A DNA stretch of 63,172 nt, the filler included, from Olpidium bornovanus S191 (taxonomy: Eukaryota; Fungi; Olpidiomycota), in assembly GCA_017911155.1 (NCBI GenBank). It is 30 parts of 30 records of this genome, joined end to end, with 100 filler letters (N's around TTAATTAATTAA, not from the genome) between each part and the next. Parts side by side here need not be neighbours in the genome. Positions count along the whole stretch, not along the records: positions 24,441 to 27,700 come from JAEFCI010008245.1; positions 27,801 to 28,906 come from JAEFCI010004554.1; positions 29,007 to 30,011 come from JAEFCI010013263.1; positions 30,112 to 31,595 come from JAEFCI010007455.1; positions 31,696 to 32,755 come from JAEFCI010005725.1; positions 32,856 to 33,879 come from JAEFCI010006763.1; positions 33,980 to 35,918 come from JAEFCI010009252.1; positions 36,019 to 37,895 come from JAEFCI010002226.1; 22 more parts are not named here. One strand, 5' to 3'. The position numbers were made by a program, and so were the translations under genes. Under the pieces are notes generated by a model, which saw only the letters and a program-made list of their open reading frames with translations, was not told where the DNA came from and ran no database searches. Positions 27,242 to 37,818 of this stretch are shown piece after piece; position 1 is the stretch's first letter, and the number at the start of each line of letters is the position of its first letter.

Positions 27242-27509
27242 GGTGGTGGTGCGGGTCATGCCGCTGTTCGTGGTGGGAGTTCCCGTATGAAGAACGTCGC
27301 GGGGCAGAAGAAGCCTGGCCGGGGTATGCGTTTTGCAAGGGCGCCGCGGCCGCGTGTGGGACGCTGGCGGGGGCCGTAGGCGACGGGAGAAACTCGGGGA
27401 GGCTGTCTTCGATGTTGAAGTCGAGGTTGTCGCCGTAGATGTCAAGGCAGCTCGCACCGGCGCGGCCGACGTCGAACTCGTGGTCGTCGTCGAACTCGTT
27501 CCCCGACAT
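24441..27509 (-). CDS. HRP1: Hrp1/Nab4 (Musashi/DAZAP1-type) two-RRM RNA-binding protein, 3'-partial
   Basis: Exon 27509-26962 joins a micro-exon near 26378-26328 to give EDAGKIFVGGLNWETTD. RRM1 is KSRGFGFLTY; linker DPKRAIPREEQ; RRM2 is KIFVGGI...RPRGFGFVTF. An Ala/Gly/Tyr/Met-rich tail follows. Confidence 0.93.
27180..27239 (-). repeat. CAG/CAA microsatellite encoding 20 Gln in HRP1 exon 1
   Basis: 60 bp of CTG/TTG triplets on the + strand. Confidence 0.95.
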
Positions 27510-27629
27510 TGCTCTTTCCGGAGGAGATCGGGCGGGGGAGTTCTGGCTGGCGCGGCGACGGACGGATTGGCGGGGCGGCGGTGCGGGAAGGGGTCAGGCG
27601 GCGCCGTCGTCGTTCGTCCGGAACGGGGT

Positions 27630-27665
<36 letters not shown>

Positions 27666-27859
27666 CGGGGGGCGGGGGGGGGGGGGGGGGGGGGGGGGGG
27701 NNNNNNNNNNNNNNNNNNNNNNNNNNNNNNNNNNNNNNNNNNNNTTAATTAATTAANNNNNNNNNNNNNNNNNNNNNNNNNNNNNNNNNNNNNNNNNNNN
27801 CATGTTATGATCGTACACTAAAATGCCGTTCCGAAAAATAACAGGATCAAGGATCGAAA

Positions 27860-28812
27860 GTGGGCGGTTTTGTCCGCCGGATGTTCCATTCCGTGGCGTC
27901 GAACATAGGTTTTGGAGGCGAGAACCTCGGCCAGTTGCAAGCGGAGGTGAACGCGCTTGAGCTTTTGGGACGACAGTTGTTCGTTGATATAGACGAGTTG
28001 TACGCAGAGAAGGTGAAACTAAAACTGCCCTTCAGCGTCGTTCAGGCGTTTCTAGATCCTGGCGGCAGCGGTCAAACGGCAATATTCTGGCAGACTCAAA
28101 CGGGCGGGGTGGGGTTGGGGGGATGGTGGTTTCCCGAACGCCGTGATAGGAACGGTTAGAGTACGCCAAGACGTGGAAGGGAAAGTACTACAATTTCCTC
28201 GGGTACATATTTAGCGTGTACTGCGTGTACAAGGTCATAATGGTGAGCGGAATCCCGAGAGATTCGGCAGATCGGGGAGAGGGGAGGGAAAACGGGGCGA
28301 GGGGGATCGCCGGCACGGCCGGCCCCTTTAATCGGGCGCCGCGGTCCGACGAAGATCCCGCTCCTGACTTTTTTTTGCCTGTTTTGAACCGGGAACCCTC
28401 ACCCAAGGCGACCGTGAACATCGTCTTCAACCGGATCGGCAAGACCGACCCGGTGACCTACGGGATCACGCTGGTGGCGGTGCACCTGAACGTGTCGCTG
28501 GACGTGCACTTCTGGTCTCAAAACCTGAGCTTCCTGACTGTGGGGCTGATGGTCCTGTTCTCCATCCGCGGCATGCTGATCCAGCTGATGAAGTTCTTCC
28601 GCGTCCTGGCCTCGGCAGTGTCCGCGGCCAACGTGGTGCTGTTCCTGGCTCAGATCATGGGGATGTACTTCCTCTCCTCCGTCGTCCTCACGCGGATGAG
28701 CCTTCCGCTGGAGTACAGGAGCATCATCACCGAGGTGCTCGGGGACATCGAGTTCCACTTCTACCACCGCTGGTTCGACGTCATCTTCCTCCTCTCGGCG
28801 ATAGCGAGCGTG
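27860..28812 (+). CDS. GPR89: Golgi pH regulator / GPR89 (ABA-GPCR family), partial, spliced
   Basis: ENLGQLQAEVNALELLGRQLFVDI; YAKTWKGKYYNFLGYIFSVYCVYKV; NIVFNRIGKTDPVT; FWSQNLSF; LAQIMGMYFLSSVVL.RMSLPLEYRSIITEVLGDIEFHFYHRWFDVIFLLSA. Confidence 0.95.
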
Positions 28813-29006
28813 GTGAGTGGGTTTTTTTTTCCGAAACCGTTCGATTTATTTTTTCCTTTTTTCGTGTTCGGCACGCGCTGTCCGGGTGGGTGGCTGATCG
28901 CTCCCCNNNNNNNNNNNNNNNNNNNNNNNNNNNNNNNNNNNNNNNNNNNNTTAATTAATTAANNNNNNNNNNNNNNNNNNNNNNNNNNNNNNNNNNNNNN
29001 NNNNNN

Positions 29007-29740
29007 CATGATTTGGGAAAGGCTGTCGAGGAACTCGAGCATAGGCCTGCGGTGGTGGGCCGGCGTCATGACCGCGGCTATGCCGAAGAGGATAGCGCAA
29101 ATGACGATGTGAAGGACAGAGTTTTGGGCCGCGGCGTGGAAGAAGCTGTCGGTGACGACGTGGCCGATGTTCTCTCCAAACTCGGAGTTCCAACTCAGAC
29201 GCTTCTCCTTGGCGACATAGGCTTCCCTGGAAACGCCCTCGAGGGACACGCCGACGCCGGGCTGCTCGAATAACCCCCCCCCCAACCCAACCGCGACGCC
29301 CGGCGCCCAAAAACCGAAGAGCAAAAGTCAGCGGCGCAGGTTTCGGGTTCGGGGCAGGCGAGAACGACGCAAGCTGCTCCGCCGGAGCGCTTTTGCCAGT
29401 CCCGTACCTTCAGAATGTTGACCATAGTGAGCCCGACCGCGAGGGCGATGGTGGTCGCGACCTCGAAGTAGATGAAACTCTTGAGCGCCAGCCTACCCAG
29501 GCGCATGATGTCGTCTCCGTGGCCTGCTACGCCGACCACGAGCGTGGAGAACATCAGCGGGGTAATCAGGCACTTGACGGCGAAGATGAAAGCCTTGGCG
29601 AGGTCTCCGAACGCGGCATTGAAGTTCTGCGGGAGGAACAGCCCAGACAGGACGCCGGCCACGGCTCCCAGGAGGATGAACACGGAGAGGTTCATGCCCC
29701 GCCGCAGGAAGCGGAGCACTCTGGCCAAGGCAGACGCCAT
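29007..29740 (-). CDS. Dicarboxylate/amino acid:cation symporter (DAACS/SLC1, GltP/DctA-like), 3'-partial
   Basis: KCLITPLMFSTLVVGVAGHGDDIMRLGRLALKSFIYFEVATTIALAVGLTMVNILK|PGVGV, then SFFHAAAQNSVLHIVICAILFGIA. GT-AG intron 29407-29262. Confidence 0.93.
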
Positions 29741-30249
29741 CCCAAGAAAAGAGGGTGAGGCGAACAACTACGGCGGGAACGGAAAGCTTTTTGGGGGCGT
29801 CTTTCGACGGGGGGGGGGGCCGCGGGGCAAGTGGGTTTTTTTTTTTTTTTTTTTTTCTCTCCGTTCGTTTCCTGGAGGAAAGGCGGGGCGAAAGGCGCGG
29901 GGGAAGACGGCGGGGCGGGCGGCGGGCCCCTTCTTATCCGGGCCCAATTGGCCGCCGCGCAATCCGGGGCGGGCGGAGTAGAAAAGAGTACTACTGTACG
30001 CAGTGGGGGGANNNNNNNNNNNNNNNNNNNNNNNNNNNNNNNNNNNNNNNNNNNNTTAATTAATTAANNNNNNNNNNNNNNNNNNNNNNNNNNNNNNNNN
30101 NNNNNNNNNNNAGTCTGGGAGTGCAGGGCGCAGGGGACAGAAGCAGGGGCAGCGCGGTGAGCTCGTCGGAGTGGGATGGTTCCGACCGCGACGAGAGTGA
30201 GGGGCTGCACGCCGAGGACTGGAATGCCGGATCCCAGTCTGTCGCGCTT

Positions 30250-31595
30250 TCCCAGTCGCAGGCGGGTCCTTTGCGCCGTCGAATCTGTCGCCAGCAAGCT
30301 CGGCCGGGACTATGCGGTGGAGATAAGCGTGCTTCTGTGCGGCGCTCTGTCCGGTGGGTTATGCAGGTGTGACGATGCGGCTCTTTGGGGTACAGGCCAA
30401 TTTGTGAACTGGCAGAGTGCTGGATGTCCTGTCCGCCGGTCTGTTCGAATCAATCTTCGCGGCGTGCGCGTTCCCTTTGTGTGCGACGTCATTGCTGTTT
30501 TTACAGGCATCCCCGCCTTGAAAGAGTTTTGTATCCTGGCTGCCCTTATTCTCTTCTTTGACAGCATCCTACTATTCACATTTCTCATTGCCGCCGTCAC
30601 GTTCAAACTGGAAATAATCTAAAAGCTGGAGTCGTTTTCGCCGTTCTTTCAGAAAAGCGAACATTACTGCATATGTAACTGCTATTCTGAACGAAAAGAA
30701 AATGCGACTCCCAAACTCCGACCGGCAAAACATGTCATGCGCTTCTAACCCGACCGGCAGATATCGGTAGGCTGACGGTCGAGGCCTTTCGAGACCAGAC
30801 GTCTGACGAGCATGGTAGCGGCTTTGTCCGCAGACCCTGAGGGCCCAAAGGCGCTCACGGACGCGGATATCGTGCGGCTGGTGGAGGCAGGAAAAATTGC
30901 TTCTTACGCGCTCGAGAAGGTACTGCGGCACCCTGTGCGGGCTGTTAAAATCCGGAGGACGGTGATTTGTACGTATGCTGCTGCCTGCGAGCGCGGCTGT
31001 GTCTGAGTTTTCATTACGCAAAGCTCGGTTTTTAAGTCACCGGCGGTTGATTGCGACCTTTACCGGACGATCAATGGTTTGTCCTAAACAGCGCGCGCCT
31101 CGTTGTCGAAAACATTAGAGCATTCCTCCCTTCCGCTTGATAACTACTACTACGACTACGCGAAGGTCCTCGGCGCATGTTGTGAGAACGTCGTCGGCTT
31201 TTTGCCGCTTCCCCTGGGCATCGCCGGGCCTTTGCTGATCGATGGGCGGCTTTACCACATTTCAATGGCGACGACGGAGGGTTGCCTGGCCGCCAGCACG
31301 TCGCGCGGCTGCAAGGCCATCACTGCTAGCGGCGGCGCGAGAACCGTACTGGTAGCCGACGCAATGACCCGAGGACCCGTTGTCGAGATGCCGAATGTTG
31401 CGCGTGCAGCAGAGCTTGAAGCGTGGCTCGAGGATTGCGGGGCGGGCCAAGCAGCTGTCAAAGAGGCCTTCGAGAGCACCAGCCGGTTCGCCAGGCTCCG
31501 GAACGTCAAAGTCGCGCTCGCCGGCCGGCTAGTGTTCGTCCGGTTTTCGACGGCAACAGGGGACGCCATGGGCATGAACATGATTTCCAAGGGTG
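30250..31595 (+). CDS. HMG1: Class I HMG-CoA reductase (sterol-sensing fragment plus N-terminal catalytic domain), partial; possibly disrupted
   Basis: SSD: [16 protein letters not shown]|[19 protein letters not shown]. Catalytic region: [12 protein letters not shown]; [21 protein letters not shown]; [19 protein letters not shown]; DAMTRGPVV; [13 protein letters not shown]. An in-frame TAA lies at 30620-30622. Confidence 0.93.
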
Positions 31596-31809
31596 NNNNN
31601 NNNNNNNNNNNNNNNNNNNNNNNNNNNNNNNNNNNNNNNTTAATTAATTAANNNNNNNNNNNNNNNNNNNNNNNNNNNNNNNNNNNNNNNNNNNNCATGG
31701 TATATATGGGATGGCACGTGCCTCAACTTGAGGTGTGTGGTATATACGGCAGGACGCGCTCGCGCCTGTACCTGCGCGCGCGCGGCACTCGAGCCCGAGC
31801 AGTCGAATC

Positions 31810-32755
31810 TCATTCTTCTACAATCACGGGCGCATATTCTCCTTCTTCTTCCTCTCCGTCGTCGTCGAGGTAACGCGCGCCGCCGGTCGGCGCGCTGATC
31901 TCGCAGACAGCGGGGCCCGGCTCGCTGTCCCCGATGTCCCACCGGAACTCCTTGCAAACGTACGCTCTGAGCGACTTCAGCCGCTTCCGAGCTTCGGATA
32001 ATTCGCCCGGCTCCGAGCACGGCGCCGTCCGAAACGCGCGCATGAGTGACTGACGAGAGAGGACATCGTAAAGTGTGACATGGACGCTCGCCCCCCGTCC
32101 ACTCCTCCTCCCATTGACCACCAGTAAACAAGCTGCGGCCGCCCACCTTCAGAGTCGTTCCCAGGAAGTTGTCCTCCGTGACCACACTGAGCAAGAAGTC
32201 TCGCGGGCATTCGGCTATCTGACTCAACAAAACGTCTTTTCCGAGGAAAAAACAAAACGAAGTAAAGGCCGCCGATTGCGATTTAAATAAGCGAGCAAGC
32301 CCGGCCCGGTCGCACCGCAACAGACAGAACGCTGCATACTTATGAAGTCGCACACCATGCGCTCACTCTGCCGGCGGAGCAGCGCTTCCCGGGACTCGCA
32401 AATCAACGTAATAACCTTTTTCCAGTGTTCCAAACCATAGAAGTTGTGGAGGAGCAATATGAAGAGGAAGGCAAGTTGCAACTCGGCCAGCAGTTTCCTG
32501 TAATCTACGGGGGTTCGAGAGAGGCGACAAGCGGAAGTTTAGGCCAATAAATCACTGTCGAACTCGCAGCAGATTCTAACAACCAAACGACCGCACCTCC
32601 GCCGAAGTGCCGCGCGATGACGTCATCCAGCAACCATGACTTATCCATACTGTACTTGGTGATCAGCTCTGGGGCGGCCCCCTTCGGAAAACTCTTCCGC
32701 AGGTCGAAGTCCGCGAAATGAGCCGTCACTGAAGGTATTGTCTGTGCCGGGAAAG
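31810..32755 (-). CDS. AAR2: U5 snRNP assembly factor AAR2, 5'-partial, spliced
   Basis: PKGAAPELITKYSMDKSWLL; ELQLAFLFILLLHNFYGLEHWKKVITLICES; CPRDFLLSVVTEDNFL; KEFRWDI...EEEEGEYAPVIVEE-stop. Confidence 0.88.
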
Positions 32756-32989
32756 NNNNNNNNNNNNNNNNNNNNNNNNNNNNNNNNNNNNNNNNNNNNT
32801 TAATTAATTAANNNNNNNNNNNNNNNNNNNNNNNNNNNNNNNNNNNNNNNNNNNNCATGAGAATTGTAATCAACCGGTAGTGCCAGCACTAGCTCAACAA
32901 GGGTGAACGGGAGGGTAGGGCCCACTTAACTAGTTCATTTTTTTTTTTCGGTTATCTGGTTCGCCTGCGTCGCCGACGTCCCTTGCGTC

Positions 32990-33350
32990 AAATTCTGCGC
33001 CTGATTCTGTGTCTGAATCTGTGTCAGAGTCTGCGTCGCATCTGCGTCGGGTCATACATCTGAACCTGCATCGACATCTGTTTCTAAATTTGCGTCAGAA
33101 ATTCCTTTTCAACTTGTGTCAGATTTTCTATCTGCATCCTCGTTAAACCTTGTGTTGGCATCTGCGTTAAATTCCGCTTCTGAATCTACTTGCGTTTTGC
33201 GCCAAAATTCCGGGACTGAATCTGCTTCGACTTCCGCATCTGAATTTGCGCATTATTCTGCATCTGAATCTGCGACAAACTTTTGCCTCTGAATCTGCGT
33301 CATGTTCTGCATCTGAATCTTCGTCGTGTCCTGTGTTGGAGTCTGCGTCG
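32990..33350. repeat. Degenerate minisatellite built on TCTGAATCTGC(G/A) units
   Basis: Many imperfect copies. Reads SASES-like on + and DADSDAE-like on -, with stops and frameshifts. Confidence 0.7.
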
Positions 33351-33817
33351 GTGACGAGGTTGGCCTATGACGTAAGCGCTGAAACACAAAAAAATTTCCA
33401 GGTACGTACCTGGGCCAACCCTGGCGCTATCTCTGAGGGAGCAATGCTCAGCGATGTGCGGCCATTTTGATGACCGAGCCGCGCCTTTGATCGTGTGGCG
33501 ACCGGGGGAAGTGGGGAGGTGGAGGCGTTGTTTGCTCTCAAATGCACACTTTTATTACCACCGGCACAGTGAAGGAAATTCCCGCGCGGGCCGGGAAAAT
33601 TATGCCTAGGGTCGGAAGGGGGGTGTCGGCCCGCGACAAAAGAAGCGTCTGTGTCGCGCGGTTTCGGCGGGTGCGGGAATTTTGCCGAAGGAGCGGGCGG
33701 GCCGTTAGCTAGTTTCGCTACGTCGGGAGGGGGGCGCGATTGACGGCCGGTAATTCTGGAAGGGAAGCGCCTGCCCCTCCTTGTTTTTTACGCGTCGCCC
33801 CTTGGGCAACATCCCTG

Positions 33818-33872
<55 letters not shown>

Positions 33873-33979
33873 GGGGAAGNNNNNNNNNNNNNNNNNNNNN
33901 NNNNNNNNNNNNNNNNNNNNNNNTTAATTAATTAANNNNNNNNNNNNNNNNNNNNNNNNNNNNNNNNNNNNNNNNNNNN

Positions 33980-35918
33980 GGCGACTCGCAGGAGACGGCC
34001 GCCCTCCCGAAGAACGAAGATTGTGCACCCACCGGCATCAAAAAAGTGCTGACGCTCATCAGGGACAGGAACACCCGCTTGCTGTTGATTCTCATCGCGT
34101 GCCTTTTCGGCAGCATCTACACGATAATCTCAAAAATACCCATTAACGTGCGTGTCGGGGGGGTGTTTTTGATCTTACCCCTTTTTTGTTTTTTTCTTTT
34201 TGTTTTTTTTTTTTGTTTTTTTTTCCCCTTCCACCCTCCCCCCCCCACCCCTCTCCCCCTCCAATTCCTCACTTTCCCGCCCGCGTTTGCGTTTGCTGCT
34301 GACCGCTAAGATCGTTCGGTCGGTCGTCCTGCTGTCCGCCATCCACGACGGCATCTGTTCGCACAGGTGACCCAAGAGCCCGGACCCCGTGTCATCAGCG
34401 ACGCTGCCGTCTGCTCCGGATACGGCATCGAACTTCGTGATCACACCTGCGTCTGCGACATCGGCCATGTCGGAGTGGCGTGCGAGAACGTCCTTGATTT
34501 TGGTAAGCATTCCAAGGCCGACTGTTCTCAACCGTCGTGCGACGTCCTCGCCCCGCCTGTCGCTGACCGTGTTGCCTTTGTACGGCGCTGTATCCCTTCC
34601 ACAGCGGCGGCGCCGCAATCTTCCGGCCCGCCGTCTGTTCTCATCGTGACCGGTGCGATTGGTGACCTGAACCCTGCCGACGAGCACGCCGAGACGTGCG
34701 GCCGCCTTGTGGACCACCTCGGAGGGCCCGGCGATTTCCGAGTGTCAGTTCTGTACGTCGGCCAGATGAGCCCCAAGTTCCAGTTCACGTCCCGCGCGCT
34801 CCGAAAGCGTAACGTCGAGCTCCACGAGCTGCCCACATCCGGCGTAAACTACGGCCCGAGCCAGCTCACCGCGGTGTCAATGGACGTTTTCCGCTGGCTC
34901 CGCGAGCGCGACGCCTACGACGTTGTCCACTTCCAGACGCCCGGCGGTTTCGCTTATCACACGCTGCTCGCCAGGCACCAAGGTCTGTGGTCTCCGCGCA
35001 CGAAGTTCGTCGTCGGCCTCGACTCGACTTCGATCCGCCTCATGAGCCAGCTAAACGGCCACGGCGACGAGACGCCCTCGTCCACCGATCCCGAGTCGCT
35101 TCGCCTTGAATTTATGCAGGAGATGACAATCGCTTATTCGGTGAGTTGCCCGGATCTCGACTTCCCTCTTTCCTGCGTTTGGCCCGCGGTCATTGCCGGT
35201 AAATTCTTACCGGCGCAAGGGCCGTCTTTAGGACGTACTCGTAACCCCCAACAGCGCTGTCGTCGAAGAACTTCGCCGTGGCGGATGGGCAGCGGCCGGC
35301 TCGGACATCCGAATCATCCGGAACATCCCTCCGCAACCGAAAGGATCGCCGGCCGCAAAAGACGTCGTGGCCAAGGAATTTGTTTTTGTCAGCAAGCGCC
35401 TCGACGCGACCGGCGGCCTGCGGCTCTTCTGTGACGCCGTTGACCACATGTCCGGGGATCGCAGTACAAACATCAAGATCACCTTCGCCGGTCAGGCCGG
35501 ACACATCGACGACCTATCAAGCGCCGAGTATATCAGCTCCCGCGCGTCATCTTGGCCGAACGTTGACTGGGAAGTGGTCACGGATTTGATCGGCGTCGCA
35601 GTTACCGAATACCTCGCCTCCCCGACCAGCATCGGCCGCGTGGCGGTCATGCCCACCATCTACGACGGTGCCGAACTGCTCCTGGACGAGATAATTGCCA
35701 GTCGCGTGCCCATCATAGTGTCCCGCATGCCGGCTGTCGAGGAGCTCGTCGACGGCGGCGATGGAAGTAACTTCTTCGCAATTAACGACGCCCGGTCCCT
35801 CGCCGACCGGATGATCCAAGCTTACACGCGCGGACTGCCCGCCCTGCCGTTTCCCAGTAGCTACGGCGAGATCGCGGCCCAGTGGAGCTCGCTGTACCGC
35901 GAAGCCGCCACTCGGGAA
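33980..35918 (+). CDS. Membrane-anchored EGF-like + GT-B (GT4-like) glycosyltransferase, partial at both ends
   Basis: TM anchor RLLLILIACLFGSIYTII; CSGYGIELRDHTCVCDIGHVGVACE; YDVVHFQTPGGFAYHTLLARHQGL; intron 35141-35231; DVLVTP...EFVFVSKRL...LFCDAVD...AVMPTIYD...IIASRVPIIVSRMPAVEELV. Confidence 0.8.
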
Positions 35919-36222
35919 NNNNNNNNNNNNNNNNNNNNNNNNNNNNNNNNNNNNNNNNNNNNTTAATTAATTAANNNNNNNNNNNNNNNNNNNNNNNNNN
36001 NNNNNNNNNNNNNNNNNNCCATGGCGTGGTAACTGGTACTGTAAACGTAATAAAGTCTAGGGCGGCCCGCCAATGGACAAAAAGCGGCCACGGGGCGCTG
36101 ATTTGGGTTTTACTTGTAAGAGCTCAGGTGCAGAATGCGGGTGGATAACAAAGGTAGATTCGAAAACGGAAACAAAATTGAGGAATAAATAGGATCCGCA
36201 CACCCTGGAGGTCTACAGGGTA

Positions 36223-37818
36223 TCACTGCGTCCCGACATCGCCATTCTTTCCTTTCTCAACCAGAAGAGAGGGAGCAACCCAGGAGAACCCCTTGAACAG
36301 GGATTTGTAGGATCTGGAGAGAGTGCGGGCCTGCTCCAACAAAGTTTCGTCGTCGACCGAGGCCCCCGGTTCGGCCGGACACGGCGGATGATCCGGACAG
36401 GCGGCTAATTTCTGCCAAACGTCGTTCTGTCTCTGTTGGACCGGAGTACGGATAGGTATCGGCCGCAAATTGCCGGTTGCGGACGGCGTCGCACCCGCTT
36501 TGGGCGTAGAGGTACCGGAGGCCGGTAACGACTCCATAGTACATTCCGCACTAACCGCAGGTGGTGATGACAGCGCGCTGGAGTCATAGTCCCGCTTCAC
36601 ATATCGGATGTTGGCCGCCAGGAGTTGCCTCTCCATCTCCGAAACGGAAGCCTTGGGCGGTGTGTTGGTCAGCGGCACACTCGTAAACTTACTGTCGAAA
36701 TTCGACTAAGTAGGAAAGAGGACCGCCGTCAACGACGCGAGTAGTCGCGTAGCGCCGGCGACAACGGGATGAGATGAAGGAAAAGGCTCGCGCGTTTTCT
36801 TTCGAGGGAGGCCGCTATGATCGTGGGTGGCAGAATGGATAGCCTTCACCACTCACCACATCATCGTCCGCCAGCACAATTGGTCGGATCGGCGGTTCGA
36901 GTTCCCTGCGGATGAGTTTATCCCAGTCGATTTTCCGGAAGAACCGATGGGCGCGGATGGCGCTTGCCTGGCCCTTGCTCACGAAGGGCGAGGATGACCG
37001 GGACCGGCACTGGTCACTATGCTGCCTGCCCCTTCCCCGCCGGGCCGGTCTCCCCGGCTGCGGCGATCTCGGAGAGTCGGGTGCCAAGGGGTTTGCGTTT
37101 GCAGCGGCCGGAGCGCCAGGCGGGCTCGAGCCAATCCGCTGAGCTGGGTTCCGTCGCAGCAGCTTTAGACATACGGCAATCGTCAGCGACACTACACGCA
37201 CGGGGAACGCTCAAGAACGACGGTATTTAACCTTCGTTATCAGATCTCGCGCATCGGGGGTCAAATATGGCGGCATGACCTGGCGAGAAACATAAGATAC
37301 AGTCAGCAGCAGGGGTCGTTGGCTCGGAGACACCGCGGCCACTTCAAGGCTTGATCAGAATCGACGCACAATCTTTTTTTTAAGAATATTGTCCATGATG
37401 GCTTTCCTCGAATTGCCGACGAACGGGGGCGAGCCCGTGAGCATGTCAAAGATAAGAACGCCGAAAGACCACCTGCATAGTGGTATATATCAATGCGTAA
37501 ATGTCAAACAAAGGATAATACCAATGTTTCTTACCAGTCGACAGCCTTGTCGTATTGGTGCTCAAGAACGACTTCAGGCGCCTGGAGCAGCCGTCGCGGC
37601 AAACATTAGAAGTGCGTGGGCCAGCTCCCGCCCCAGTCGTCTCACGACAGCAGCACATTTCGCGCAACTATTTTACGACCATGTATTCGATTGTGCCGCA
37701 GACCGTTCCAGTTCGCCCGGACTCGCCGTACTCCAGCAAACCGGTCTTCGAAAGACCAAAGTCTGTCACGAGGACATGCCCTTCGTCGTCCAGCAGTACG
37801 TTCTCAGGTTTCAAGTCA
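36223..37818 (-). CDS. AGC kinase, p70 S6K/Psk1-like, 5'-partial, spliced
   Basis: [24 protein letters not shown]; TVCGTIEYM; [21 protein letters not shown]; [23 protein letters not shown]; SNFDSKFT; hydrophobic motif [10 protein letters not shown]. Confidence 0.92.
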
